Assembly (NCBI GenBank): GCA_038904395.1
Contig: JBCKKC010000002.1
Coordinates: 14,285 to 78,284, forward strand
DNA from: Acidimicrobiia bacterium
GTDB lineage: Bacteria > Actinomycetota > Acidimicrobiia > UBA2766
Reading direction: 5' to 3'
DNA: 64,000 nt
The notes under the pieces were generated by a model. It made no database searches. It was not told the DNA's origin and saw nothing but the letters and a program-made list of their open reading frames with translations. This document shows positions 18,058-27,581 of the stretch, one piece after another; within the stretch, counting starts at the first letter, position 1; the number at the start of each line of letters is the position of its first letter. Both the position numbers and the translations under genes were made by a program.

Positions 18058-19191
18058 CTATACCCGCACAGGCATCAACAAATACTGGTAAGAGTCTGAG
18101 TCCAGCTCACGGATCATTGCAGGCTTGAGAGGATCACTGGTCTCTATGAGAATGTGCTCACCTGAACAAGCTTCAATACCCTCACGCAGGTACGCAGGAT
18201 TGAAAGCTATCGTCATCGGCTCTCCCGAGTAGTCGCCCTCAATTTCCTCATCTGCTTCCCCACTCAATTCTGGATCGACGGCTAACAAGCGAATTTCACC
18301 GTCACTCAATGAGAGTCTGACAGGAGTCGAATCACGAGCGAGTAGAGCTACTCTGCGCAACGCATCCAACAAGACATCTCTTCCAACTTCGAGACGATTC
18401 GCAAAGTGCTCCGGAATTAGCTGGTTGTAGCTGGGGAAACTGCCATCAATGAGCAATGCAGTTATGGTCGTGTCACCAATGCGAAAGGCAATGCGCTTGT
18501 CGTCAATGCCAACACCCACAACAGGGTCAGTTTCATTTGGAGGAATCAATCGGGCCAGTTCCACTAAAGCTTTCGCCGGCAACAGTGCGGAATCGTTCGT
18601 TCCTAGAAACGAGTTAATCCCCATATCACGTAATGCCAAGCGGTAAGAATCGGTGGCAACGAATCGGATCCCGTCCTCTCCTGATGACAAGAGTACGCCG
18701 GTGAGGACAGGCCGCGTGCGATCAGAGGTCGCAGCGATAACCGTTTGATCTATCGCCTCAACTATTGCCCCGGGAACTAGATCAACAAATGGTGATTCCA
18801 CCACTGGAAGAGTTGGGAAATCATCTCGCGAATAGGTCCGCAATGAGAATCGACTCTTCCCAGTGGATATTCGAGCTAGCCCATCGTTATCCACAACGAT
18901 ATCCACAAGGCCAGAAGGCAACGAACGGACGATATCTCCGAACAACCGGTGCAAAACGGTTTCGCCAGGAGCCGACACTTCCGCCGTGAGAGAAGTCTCA
19001 ATAGCCAACTCACCATCGGTTGCACTAAGGATGACCTGGCCATCTGTCGTAGTTCTCAGCAAAACTCCCGATAGCGCCGCAAGAGTAGCTTTAGCTGGAG
19101 CTGCTCTGAATGCGATTGTTAGCTTGTCATTCAGCGTGTCCTTGTCACAACGAAAGGCCAACGCCGCCTCTGAGTGAGTTAAGATATCCAC
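18058..19191 (-). CDS. dnaN: DNA polymerase III beta sliding clamp
   Basis: The 377-aa protein is a three-domain beta clamp ending in YLLMPVRV. It uses a GTG start, and position and length are canonical. Confidence 0.93.
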   Translation of the reverse strand: MDILTHSEAALAFRCDKDTLNDKLTIAFRAAPAKATLAALSGVLLRTTTDGQVILSATDGELAIETSLTAEVSAPGETVLHRLFGDIVRSLPSGLVDIVVDNDGLARISTGKSRFSLRTYSRDDFPTLPVVESPFVDLVPGAIVEAIDQTVIAATSDRTRPVLTGVLLSSGEDGIRFVATDSYRLALRDMGINSFLGTNDSALLPAKALVELARLIPPNETDPVVGVGIDDKRIAFRIGDTTITALLIDGSFPSYNQLIPEHFANRLEVGRDVLLDALRRVALLARDSTPVRLSLSDGEIRLLAVDPELSGEADEEIEGDYSGEPMTIAFNPAYLREGIEACSGEHILIETSDPLKPAMIRELDSDSYQYLLMPVRV

Positions 19192-19339
19192 AGGTTTTCT
19201 CCCCTACTGATTTTTGTTTATATATAACTGGTGGTGGTAGTGGGGCCTGTTGATATGTGGATAACTTGCTGCCGTGCTGGCCCGGCCCCATTTATGATCT
19301 CTAAGATGTTCGCGCAGGCTGTGGACGAGTTGTGGACAC
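19184..19339. promoter_or_regulatory. Candidate oriC core in the dnaA-dnaN spacer
   Basis: Four DnaA boxes are present: ATATCCACA (19184-19192, over the dnaN GTG), TGTGGATAA (19256-19264, perfect), TGTGGACGA (19320-19328) and TGTGGACAC (19331-19339). An AT-rich stretch, ATTTTTGTTTATATATAA (19210-19227, 17 of 18 A/T), could be the unwinding element. Confidence 0.6.
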
Positions 19340-19346
19340 ATTGTGA

Positions 19347-20810
19347 CTAACCCAACTTGATCGTGTTTGCTAGTTCGTTGACCTGTTGAAGAAGCTGCCT
19401 ACGCTCGTGCATAAGTTGTTCAACCTTTCGTTGTGCGTGTAAAACGGTGGTGTGGTCGCGACCGCCAAAAATTTCACCGATACGAGGCAGCGACAGTTCC
19501 GTCAGCTCTCTGTGTAGGTACATAGCCACCTGCCGAGCATTGACGAGGGGGCGACGACGACTTGGGCCGAGTATGTCTTCAATCGAGATTTTGTAGTAGT
19601 CAGATGTCTCGTGCAGTATCAATTCCGATGTCACCTGCCGACGCCCGGCGTCACCAATGCCTGCGAGCAGATCTTCTGCCCGGCTAAGTGAAATTGGAAC
19701 GCCTTCCAACTTCGCGTAGGCAGCGATTCTGTTCAGAGCTCCCTCGAGAGCCCGAATGTTGTCAGAAATTCGAGTGGCGATGAATTCGATCACCTCGCCT
19801 GGTACAGACAAGAGCGATCTTTCCGCCTTATTTCGCAAGATTGCGATCCTCGTTTCGAGATCAGGTGGTTGGACATCTGTCATAAGGCCCATCTCAAAGC
19901 GAGAACGCAAGCGGTCCTCGAGAGCGGAAATTTCTTTTGGTGGGCGATCCGAAGCGATCACAATTTGGCGATTTGATTGGTGCAAACTGTTGAATGTGTG
20001 GAAAAACTCATTCTGAGTCTCAATCTTCCCGGCCAGAAACTGAATGTCGTCAATAAGTAAAATATCGGTGGCACGATACCGATCACGAAACGCAGTACGC
20101 CGATCAGCTCGAATCATTTCGATGAACTCGTTGGTGAACTGCTCGCTTGACGTATAGGTGGCACGCAGGTTAGATGTCGTCCATATATAGTTGACGATTG
20201 CATGCAGCATGTGGGTCTTGCCAAGACCCGTGCCGCCCCAGATAAAGAGGGGGTTATATCCGGTAGCTGGGCTCTCAGCTACAGCCAATGCTGCGGCGTG
20301 AGCGAATCGATTTGATTCACCAATGATGAAGTTATCGAAGGTATTCGTTGGGACAACCTTGGCTGCATTGCGACTATTCGGCGTGGCGCCGGTAGAAAGG
20401 GATTGTTGCATGTCTTGCTGTGAGGTGTTTAGTGTCGAGTTGTCCTTTTCGTGGTGTGCTGAGGCAGTGTTTGCAAACCCAAGTTGGTCAAGCGGTCCAG
20501 CATTGGGTCCTATTGGGTCCTCAGTTGGATCTGGCTGGGCCAAATCGCGCTCAGGAGTAGTGACAACTAACGAGAAGCTGAGTTGTCGTCCGGCAGCGTC
20601 TGAGATGGCAGAACCAACGTGTGGCCGGTAGCGACTTTCGATGCTTTGCTTGAACAAGTCCGCTGGGACAGAGAGAGCTAGATTGTCATCATTGATGTCC
20701 AAGGGTTCAACAGCAGAAAACCATGCCCTCCATGCTGGATCTCCGAGCTCAAGTCGGAGGGAATCTGATGCAGCATCCCAAACTGATCTTGCTGCCGCTG
20801 AGTCAACCAC
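19347..20810 (-). CDS. dnaA: Chromosomal replication initiator DnaA
   Basis: The AAA+ domain carries Walker A GGTGLGKTHML, Walker B LLIDDIQF and sensor motifs. The C-terminal domain IV HTH contains DHTTVLHA. Confidence 0.95.
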   Translation of the reverse strand: MVDSAAARSVWDAASDSLRLELGDPAWRAWFSAVEPLDINDDNLALSVPADLFKQSIESRYRPHVGSAISDAAGRQLSFSLVVTTPERDLAQPDPTEDPIGPNAGPLDQLGFANTASAHHEKDNSTLNTSQQDMQQSLSTGATPNSRNAAKVVPTNTFDNFIIGESNRFAHAAALAVAESPATGYNPLFIWGGTGLGKTHMLHAIVNYIWTTSNLRATYTSSEQFTNEFIEMIRADRRTAFRDRYRATDILLIDDIQFLAGKIETQNEFFHTFNSLHQSNRQIVIASDRPPKEISALEDRLRSRFEMGLMTDVQPPDLETRIAILRNKAERSLLSVPGEVIEFIATRISDNIRALEGALNRIAAYAKLEGVPISLSRAEDLLAGIGDAGRRQVTSELILHETSDYYKISIEDILGPSRRRPLVNARQVAMYLHRELTELSLPRIGEIFGGRDHTTVLHAQRKVEQLMHERRQLLQQVNELANTIKLG

Positions 20811-20872
20811 TGAGTTAGTTCCCCTCTTTTACCTAATAGTGTGAGGGCCTCTCACTTTGCACGTACACAGAA

Positions 20873-21108
20873 TTATCCACAGCTGTGGATAGCCTAGTGA
20901 CTCTGGGTTGAGAACACCTAGCCGGTAGCCGAGGATATCGCAAGTTACAGTGCCGAGTTGGATCAAAATAGCAGGATAGGCCACATCTGGCAATAGGCGG
21001 CCGGACAAATCCGTCCCCTGGTTGGTGAATCTGCTGCTAGTCGATGGTGCGGTCGAGGATGCACAGCTAAATTTCATAAAGGGATACGCTGTGAAGGCCT
21101 GTGGATAA
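20873..21108. promoter_or_regulatory. DnaA boxes in the rpmH-dnaA divergent promoter region
   Basis: A convergent box pair, TTATCCACAGCTGTGGATAG, spans 20873-20892. A perfect TGTGGATAA lies at 21100-21108. Confidence 0.55.
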
Positions 21109-21346
21109 CGATCCGGATTTATTTCTCTCCGAATGGAAAGTTGCCCTTTTCTGGCAACATTGCTTACCGGTACTGCTACTGTTTTTGGGATAGCTTGACT
21201 ACTACTGAGCACAATGGTCTAGCTCTTCGGTGGACTCGTAGGGGTTGGCCGGAATTGCTTTGGTGAGATCCTAACCTGGCCATGAAGTATTTTTGTGTGA
21301 CTGCTAGCGCTGGACTTTGCTGGCAGGTATCTTTGCGGAGAATTGT

Positions 21347-21481
21347 ATGAAAAGAACGTATCAACCCAACAACCGTCGGCGGCACAAGAAGCATGGCTTC
21401 CGCAAGCGGATGCAAACTCAATCTGGGCGAGCGGTGTTGGCCGAGCGTCGACGCAAAGGTCGTCACCGTTTGAGCGTATAG
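21347..21481 (+). CDS. rpmH: 50S ribosomal protein L34
   Basis: This gene is absent from the ORF track because it is under 60 aa. Hand translation gives [44 protein letters not shown], a canonical L34. Confidence 0.9.
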   Translation: MKRTYQPNNRRRHKKHGFRKRMQTQSGRAVLAERRRKGRHRLSV

Positions 21482-21530
21482 TCATTGGGTTTGGCTATTT
21501 CGGCTCAGGAATTGGCGTCTATCTTGCGCA

Positions 21531-21866
21531 GTGGGTCGGTACCTCTTGTACAGAGCAACGAGATCTCAGATTAGACAAGGTTTAAAAGGGGGCGCAAGAG
21601 TCCGCAAAGGGCAAATTAGTGTCATTCGGGGCCAAGGGTCACCTGGAGTAGCTTACGCGATAGGTCGAAATATTGGCAATGCGGTCGTCCGAAACAGACT
21701 GCGTCGGCGTATTCGAGCAATTTTGGTAGAGGACATAGGCTCTAACCGAGTCACGGTCACTCATCTCGTGATTGCACATCCCGGTGCGGAGAATCTAAGC
21801 TACCAAGAGATTTCGAAATTGATTTGTGGGTGTTTCGAGGAACTAGATGGTCGAGAGAAGAACTGA
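21531..21866 (+). CDS. rnpA: Ribonuclease P protein component
   Basis: The RNR motif region reads [16 protein letters not shown]. Position after rpmH is canonical. The start codon is uncertain (GTG at 21531). Confidence 0.85.
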   Translation: MGRYLLYRATRSQIRQGLKGGARVRKGQISVIRGQGSPGVAYAIGRNIGNAVVRNRLRRRIRAILVEDIGSNRVTVTHLVIAHPGAENLSYQEISKLICGCFEELDGREKN

Positions 21867-22149
21867 ACATTCCAGCCACGTGAGCGGCACGGTTGAACGT
21901 ATAGCAGTAACCTGCATTCGTCTCTATCAAGCGATATCTGCGACTAGACCGCCGCATTGTCGATTCGATCCATCTTGTTCAGAGTTCACCCGCCAAGCTA
22001 TTGAGGTGCATGGATTTGGTCGAGGCGTCCTCTTAGGCATCGGGCGCATTCTCCGCTGTCATCCATGGGGTGGCCACGGTTACGATCCCGTTCCGGACCC
22101 AATTGAAATTGAATTTGAAAGGTACTCACAATTGCAGGGACTGATCTGA
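21847..22149 (+). CDS. yidD: Membrane protein insertion efficiency factor YidD
   Basis: The YidD signature is present: YQ.....P..CRF.PSCSEF...AI..HG...G..L...RI.RCHPW...GYDPVP. Confidence 0.85.
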   Translation: MVERRTEHSSHVSGTVERIAVTCIRLYQAISATRPPHCRFDPSCSEFTRQAIEVHGFGRGVLLGIGRILRCHPWGGHGYDPVPDPIEIEFERYSQLQGLI

Positions 22150-22151
22150 CC

Positions 22152-23201
22152 ATGTTTTTTAGCAGCATTCTGGCGGCTTCAACGAATCCAATTGAAATTA
22201 TTTTTGGCGCAATTGAGCGGGGCCTTGGCTCGGCACTTGCTGGAATCTATGCGGTCATACCGTCATACGGTTTTGCCCTCATCCTCTTAACAATTGGAAT
22301 TCGCCTCGTACTTTTCCCCATCTATGCCAAGTCGACCAAATCGATGCGCAAGATGCAGCAACTTCAACCGCACATGAAGAAGCTGCAGGCTAAGTACAAG
22401 GACGATCGAGCTCGCCTTAGCCAAGAGCAGATGGCGCTTTTCAAGGCTAACAAGGTGAGTCCGATTTCGGGATGTTTGCCTCTCATCCTCCAGATGCCGA
22501 TCCTGTTTGCAATGTTTCGCGTGATTGGCGGACATGCCCAGAAGACAGCTAAAGGTGCTGTTTCTATCTCGTTCATTCCTTCTGGCTCCTCTCTGTATAA
22601 GGCTCTCATAGGGTCGACACTCGCTACGCCGACTGCGGCGGCAATATTTCTTGGCATGAACCTTGGAGCATCACCCCTGGACGCGATCACTTCTCCGGCA
22701 GTTCCCATCTACTTGAAGATTCCATACGTGCTAACGATTGCAGCAATTGTGGCCACTGGTTGGTATCAGCAGAAGCAGATCCAGGCAAAGAAGGTCCCGG
22801 GAGCTCCGGAAATGCCTCAGGCAATGCAATCTGTGACGAAGATCATGCCAATCTTCTTTGGCGTTCTGTCCCTAACTTTGCCTACCGGCGTGAATGTCTA
22901 CTTTCTCACTTCTAACTTGTTCCAAATTGGACAGCAATATCTCATGTTTCGGAACAGAGGCGGCGCCGACGATGTCGTTATTCCGACTGCTGAACAAAAG
23001 CAGCAAATAGCACAAAAGCGGATGTCTAGGACATCACCTGTCTCTAAAGATACCAATACCACCTCTGGTGCCAAGTCGGAGTCCAAGGGCGCTATTGATG
23101 GACCTAAAGCCCAAAACAGGAAGCGGGTGCCCCAGAAGGTGCAGCCTGGCAGCAAAACGGCCAAGCCAAAGCGTGATGATGAAAATGACCGCGGCAAGTG
23201 A
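22152..23201 (+). CDS. yidC: Membrane protein insertase YidC
   Basis: The polytopic protein carries conserved YidC/Oxa1 core motifs (MRKMQ.LQP....LQ.KYKDD, P..GCLP.L.Q.PI). A basic C-terminal tail follows. Confidence 0.9.
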   Translation: MFFSSILAASTNPIEIIFGAIERGLGSALAGIYAVIPSYGFALILLTIGIRLVLFPIYAKSTKSMRKMQQLQPHMKKLQAKYKDDRARLSQEQMALFKANKVSPISGCLPLILQMPILFAMFRVIGGHAQKTAKGAVSISFIPSGSSLYKALIGSTLATPTAAAIFLGMNLGASPLDAITSPAVPIYLKIPYVLTIAAIVATGWYQQKQIQAKKVPGAPEMPQAMQSVTKIMPIFFGVLSLTLPTGVNVYFLTSNLFQIGQQYLMFRNRGGADDVVIPTAEQKQQIAQKRMSRTSPVSKDTNTTSGAKSESKGAIDGPKAQNRKRVPQKVQPGSKTAKPKRDDENDRGK

Positions 23202-23355
23202 ATTACAATCGTCGGATACGACATGGCTGATTCTTGAGGGAAAATCGAATCCCGCAAGGATTGGCACGATGCCACTTGGTGAAATATCTAGGAGACCGAT
23301 GGTGGCCGCAATGTCTCCACAAGGTTTAGCACACGAGAAGTAAGAGGATAGACGA

Positions 23356-24042
23356 ATGACTGGATGGCAAGAAGTTCAAGGAACCGATCGCGAGGCTGCC
23401 CTGTCTGAGGCAGTTCGTATCTTAGGAGTTGCACAAGACGATCTCGAAATCGGCGATCTCCCCGCTGATGGCGAGGGCGTCAGGCTAATTGTCAGGCGAC
23501 GCGATGAGAGTGATGACGTATCGGCTGCAGATGAGGAAATCATCTTCGAAGATGGCTCCAGTGATGACAGTCCTGAGCTAGACCAGGCCTTGCTTGCGTC
23601 GCAGCAGGAAGTAGTCCTTGACTTTATTGAGGAATTGCTTGAGTCGTTCGACCTCGAGGGTGAGATTGCCGCGGAGTTCAACGACACGGTCCTCTATGTT
23701 GATATCAATGGGGACGATCTTGGATCTCTGATTGGTCGGCGTGGCAGCACCCTGGCTGCTCTGGCGGAAATTACTAAGACTGTTGTGCAACGCCGCACGG
23801 CAGCTCGGGTCAGATTGCACTTAGATGTACAGGGATACCGAGCCCGACGCCGTGAAGCACTTGAGAAGTATGCGATGAAGCTATCAAATGATGTATCTCG
23901 GACCGGAGTCGAAAAGGCTCTCGAGCCTATGCCCGCTTCTGAGCGCAAGATTGTTCACGATGCTGTCGCTCGTGTCGATGGAGTCCGTAGCTATTCCGAA
24001 GGCAACGAGCCTAAAAGAAATGTTGTCATCGGTCCCTCGTAA
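23356..24042 (+). CDS. jag: Jag/KhpB RNA-binding protein (KH + R3H domains)
   Basis: The KH-like segment reads GSLIGRRGSTLAAL. The R3H-like C-terminus reads PMPASERKIVHDAV...V.SYSEG.EP.R.VVI. Position after yidC is canonical. Confidence 0.85.
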   Translation: MTGWQEVQGTDREAALSEAVRILGVAQDDLEIGDLPADGEGVRLIVRRRDESDDVSAADEEIIFEDGSSDDSPELDQALLASQQEVVLDFIEELLESFDLEGEIAAEFNDTVLYVDINGDDLGSLIGRRGSTLAALAEITKTVVQRRTAARVRLHLDVQGYRARRREALEKYAMKLSNDVSRTGVEKALEPMPASERKIVHDAVARVDGVRSYSEGNEPKRNVVIGPS

Positions 24043-24064
24043 GGTAACCGGGTCACATCCCCAG

Positions 24065-24237
24065 CCGTCATTGCGAGGAAAGCGAGTAATCATTCACGTC
24101 CCCACGGGCCCGAGCGGTGCTGCCAGGCTATTCGTCATTGCGAGGAGCCGCTCTGGGCGACGAAGCAACCTAGTCCGTGACTTATGCCACGAAAACGCAA
24201 GTCGCCGATTAGCTGGCCTCGCTGCGCTCGCAATGAC
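24065..24237. repeat. Family-A palindromic element, composite copy with duplicated left terminus
   Basis: CCGTCATTGCGAG occurs at 24065 and CGTCATTGCGAG again at 24133. The inner arm AAGCAACCTAGTCCGTGAC is present, and the right terminus CTCGCAATGAC lies at 24227-24237. The second inner arm is degenerate. Confidence 0.75.
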
Positions 24238-24286
24238 AGGGTGGGGAACGTAAATGGTTACGTCGTTGTTGAAATTCGACGGTGAG

Positions 24287-24302
24287 TGTTTCACATGAAA
24301 CA
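24287..24302. promoter_or_regulatory. parS centromere-like site
   Basis: TGTTTCACATGAAACA matches the 16-bp parS consensus TGTTTCACGTGAAACA at 15 of 16 positions. It overlaps the rsmG start codon, about 0.7 kb upstream of parA. Confidence 0.7.
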
Positions 24303-24888
24303 TCTGACGCAGATCGCCGAATATGTGACGTTGCTGGATGAAGCCAATCAACGCATCAACTTGGTGTCCCGTAAGCTCACGAGCGAACAAATATTAGAGC
24401 TTGCCGCTACCTTCTCTGACGCTTTGGAAGTCGCTGACGTAGCCCCAGAGGGCCGATTGCTTGACGTTGGATCGGGGGGCGGACTGCCGGGTATACCCCT
24501 AGCGATTCGCTATCCAAAGCTGCGAGTCTTTCTCAATGAATCACGCAAGCTGCGCGTAATCGAATTGAGGCAGTTTGTCGCACAACTGGGACTCAAGAAT
24601 GCGCAAGTTTTAGAAGGGCGAATCGAGACTCTACACCAAGAAGCGCAATCGATTTCTCCGAATATTGTGACGGCATTTGGAGTTGCTAAAGCTGACGTTG
24701 TAATGGATATCGTGTGTCCGTTGCTGGCAGACAACGGGGTTGCGCTTCTGTCCATTCCTGCCGAGCCGACGAAGGAACAGATCGCTGTTTGGGTGTTGCG
24801 TGCGGCCATGCACGAGTGTTCAGCCAACATTGTCGAAAGAGAACTTGCGGGGGGACGGAAGCTGCTTCGCTTGCACAAGTCTGGCTAG
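24295..24888 (+). CDS. rsmG: 16S rRNA (guanine527-N7)-methyltransferase RsmG
   Basis: The SAM-binding motif is LLDVGSGGGLPGIPLAI. Position between jag and parA is canonical. The start is ATG at 24295, or GTG at 24286 as in the ORF track. Confidence 0.88.
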   Translation: MKHLTQIAEYVTLLDEANQRINLVSRKLTSEQILELAATFSDALEVADVAPEGRLLDVGSGGGLPGIPLAIRYPKLRVFLNESRKLRVIELRQFVAQLGLKNAQVLEGRIETLHQEAQSISPNIVTAFGVAKADVVMDIVCPLLADNGVALLSIPAEPTKEQIAVWVLRAAMHECSANIVERELAGGRKLLRLHKSG

Positions 24889-24988
24889 GTTAACTTGCTT
24901 TGATGTCTTGCAAAGTGGGGCTGTGGGGATACTATTGCGGCATCGTCCAGTCGTGTGATGCGTCAGGTGTGCAATAGGCGAGGTTGCG

Positions 24989-25804
24989 ATGGTGCTTGGA
25001 GGAGAAAGCTCTGCTACCCATGAGGACTTCGGTCTTTCACCAGGGTTAGGGCGGGTTATTGCAGTGGCCAACCAAAAGGGTGGGGTTGGCAAGACCACAA
25101 CTGTCGTGAATTTGGCTTGTGCGTTGGCGGCTCAAGGGGCCAAGACACTGGTGATTGATCTGGATCCTCAGGCGAACGCCACGACGGGTCTAGGTATCGA
25201 CAAGATGTCGCTGAGTAAAAGTAGTTATGATCTTGTTGCTTCAGGCGCCACGTTGGAGGACGTAATTTGCGAGACGTCGCTGGCGGGAATTCATGCGGTA
25301 GGGGCCACTTTTGATCTTGCTGGTGCTGAGGTTGAGCTGATGCCGATGCTGGCCCGCGAAACAGTGCTGCGTAAGGCTCTTGACAGGGCAACAGAGCGTT
25401 TTGATTATGTGTTCATTGATTGTCCTCCGAGCCTAGGTCTGCTCACAATCAACGCTCTGGTTGCGGCAGATTCCGTCCTAACGCCAATTCAATGCGAGTA
25501 CTACGCTCTCGAAGGGCTGAGCGCGCTGTTATCGAATATCGAGATCATTCGTGGAGCTCTCAATCCATCGCTGGGCATAGCCGGTTTTCTCTTGACAATG
25601 TTCGATGCCAGGACGAAACTGGCTGCACAGGTGGTGCACGAAGTTCGAGACCATTTTCCTGACCAGACTTTCCGGACGGTCATTCCCCGCAGCGTGCGCC
25701 TCTCAGAAGCTCCCAGTTACGGATTGCCGATAGAGGTGTATGCCCCTTTGTCATCCGGTGCTACCGCATACAGACTCCTGGCAGAGGAGATTAGTCATGA
25801 GTAG
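24989..25804 (+). CDS. parA: Chromosome partitioning ATPase ParA (Soj)
   Basis: The deviant Walker A is present as KGGVGKTT (within IAVANQKGGVGKTTT). Further matches are DLDPQANAT and IDCPPSLGLLT. Confidence 0.9.
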   Translation: MVLGGESSATHEDFGLSPGLGRVIAVANQKGGVGKTTTVVNLACALAAQGAKTLVIDLDPQANATTGLGIDKMSLSKSSYDLVASGATLEDVICETSLAGIHAVGATFDLAGAEVELMPMLARETVLRKALDRATERFDYVFIDCPPSLGLLTINALVAADSVLTPIQCEYYALEGLSALLSNIEIIRGALNPSLGIAGFLLTMFDARTKLAAQVVHEVRDHFPDQTFRTVIPRSVRLSEAPSYGLPIEVYAPLSSGATAYRLLAEEISHE

Positions 25805-26675
25805 TCCTCCGGTTGATTCTCCGGTTCGTTCGGGTGGCTTAGGGAGGGGCCTGTCTTCCTTGCTGGCTATTTCTCCGCAGGGTTTTTCTCAGATCAGTAT
25901 TGCAACAGTTAGACCAAACCCGCGCCAACCGCGTAAGACATTCGACCCCGAAAAGATTGAGATGTTGGCGGAATCCATCCGCCGGTTTGGGGTGTTACAA
26001 CCGGTTTTGGTGCGCAAAGACGGAGACCAGTTTGAACTGGTTGCAGGTGAACGGCGGCTTCGAGCTGCTCAAATTGCTGGCCTGACCACTATTCCGGCGG
26101 TTGTTAAGGAAGTGACAGACTCGGACAGTTTAGAGCAGGCGCTCATCGAGAACGTGCAGAGGCATGACCTCAACGCACTCGAAGAGGCAGCTGCGTTTAA
26201 CCAATTGATAGAAGATTTTGGTCTCACCCATGCAGAAGTTGGGCGGTCGGTGGGCAGAAGCCGCACAGCTGTAACCAATACTTTACGCCTGCTCGCTTTG
26301 CCGGTCAGGCTGCAGGAAATGTTGGTATCAGAGTCGATCACGGCAGGACACGCTCGAGCTCTAGTAGCGATTGAAGATCCAGACGAGCAAGTTGCCCTTG
26401 CCTTGCGAACCGTTTCCCAAGGCCTTAGTGTGCGCCAGGTTGAGGCGTTGGTGGCTCAAAGGAGTGGCGGAGAAGTCGATGACAGCGGGCGGTCGCCGGA
26501 TAGAAACAGTGCCCAGACGGCGCTGTTTGACATATCTGAAGTGTTGGGAGAGTATCTGAACACGTCCGTATTCATAAAAGCTGGACGTGGGTCGGGCAAA
26601 ATGATAGTTGAGTTTGCATCTTTGGATGACCTTGAGCGTATTGCGGAGATGATCATAAGGGCCCCCGGGCCTTAG
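25797..26675 (+). CDS. parB: Chromosome partitioning protein ParB (Spo0J)
   Basis: The ParB box GERRLRAA and an HTH (LTHAEVGRSVGRSRTAVTNTLRLL) are present. The start is set at the ATG overlapping the parA stop (ATGA at 25797-25804). Confidence 0.9.
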   Translation: MSSPPVDSPVRSGGLGRGLSSLLAISPQGFSQISIATVRPNPRQPRKTFDPEKIEMLAESIRRFGVLQPVLVRKDGDQFELVAGERRLRAAQIAGLTTIPAVVKEVTDSDSLEQALIENVQRHDLNALEEAAAFNQLIEDFGLTHAEVGRSVGRSRTAVTNTLRLLALPVRLQEMLVSESITAGHARALVAIEDPDEQVALALRTVSQGLSVRQVEALVAQRSGGEVDDSGRSPDRNSAQTALFDISEVLGEYLNTSVFIKAGRGSGKMIVEFASLDDLERIAEMIIRAPGP

Positions 26676-26727
26676 GGTCGGACACTGTGGACGACCAGTC
26701 CGTGGGGGCGAACGGGGTCCTTCCGTA

Positions 26728-27351
26728 TTGGGCGGGGCTGGATACGATCAAGACATCAGGTTGAGAGGACTGGTTCGGGTGAAGGCAGAGACGATCCGGC
26801 TAACTGCTGACATCATGGGGGACCTCCCGTTTGCCTTGCGGCCGAGTCCGTGGCGTGAAGGAGTGCCAGCTGGCCAGATGGTTGCACGGGTATTTAACGG
26901 GCCGGGCGGTATGGGGTTTGCCAAGAAAATTGACGGCGAATTCGTTGGCGCCGTTGTGGGAGGTGTGCTGACAAAGGGAGCCGAGAGTCGACCTAATCAG
27001 CGAATTGCATTGAAGCTGGTGTCTCTAACGACAGTAGATCTCGGTGCTTCCCAGCAGTTGATCGCCTCAGACTTGCTGCTAAGCCTTGTAGAAGGGGCCA
27101 GGGTAAAGAGATTCAAAGCAGTTGACGCTCTCGGCGATCGGCGCTCGACCCCTGAATCGGGGGCACTTCCCATGGAGTTTCTGCTCAAGCACGGATTCCG
27201 GCCGATTAGATGGCGTCCTCGGTACCCCACCTGTCGCCTTGACATTGGTTCCGTTGCCTTCGTTGAAGATATCATGCGACTCTTTGAGAAATTCCGAGCC
27301 AGCCTGCGTGAGCCCGAATTGAGGCCCGGATGGCCGATCTCTGGCAGATAG
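26728..27351 (+). CDS. Hypothetical protein, weak GNAT-like features
   Basis: The ORF has coding-like composition. The segment LLLSLVEGARVKRFKAVDALG......P.EFLLKHGFR loosely resembles a GNAT C-terminal half, but no firm motif is seen. The start is uncertain. Confidence 0.4.
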   Translation: MGGAGYDQDIRLRGLVRVKAETIRLTADIMGDLPFALRPSPWREGVPAGQMVARVFNGPGGMGFAKKIDGEFVGAVVGGVLTKGAESRPNQRIALKLVSLTTVDLGASQQLIASDLLLSLVEGARVKRFKAVDALGDRRSTPESGALPMEFLLKHGFRPIRWRPRYPTCRLDIGSVAFVEDIMRLFEKFRASLREPELRPGWPISGR

Positions 27352-27454
27352 TTCCTAGGTCTGGTTGTTCCTGATCCGGGGCAAACCACGCTTGCGCAAC
27401 AGCGGACTAGAGCTGACCCAGGTTAGCGAACGCCTGCAAGCTGGAAAAATGGGT

Positions 27455-27581
27455 ATGAACCGGGTTGGCAGACAGGTCGTGAACCGGCGGTGGTATGGGT
27501 GCTGTAGTGGCCGATGGTTGTTGGTGGATGGTGTGAGTCCGGTGGACTGGGTGCAGGACAGCTCGTGAACCGTCGGTGGAC
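27455..27581 (+). repeat. Upstream array of the RTGAACC / CGGYCGGTGRAC-like motif
   Basis: Three motif copies lie on the plus strand: ATGAACC (27455-27461), GTGAACC (27479-27485) and GTGAACC (27565-27571). The last two are extended as GTGAACCGGCGGTGG and GTGAACCGTCGGTGG. Confidence 0.5.

Noticed and set aside
23888-24390. ORFs running through the palindromic repeats. Examples are 2077-2298, 23888-24253, 24094-24390, 36665-36934, 6297-6554, 9359-9559 and 62728-62952. They give peptides such as SNLVRD and CARNDGG.
   Set aside because: The same peptides recur only because the repeat DNA recurs. They read on either strand of a palindrome and lack plausible starts, so they are treated as non-coding repeat sequence.
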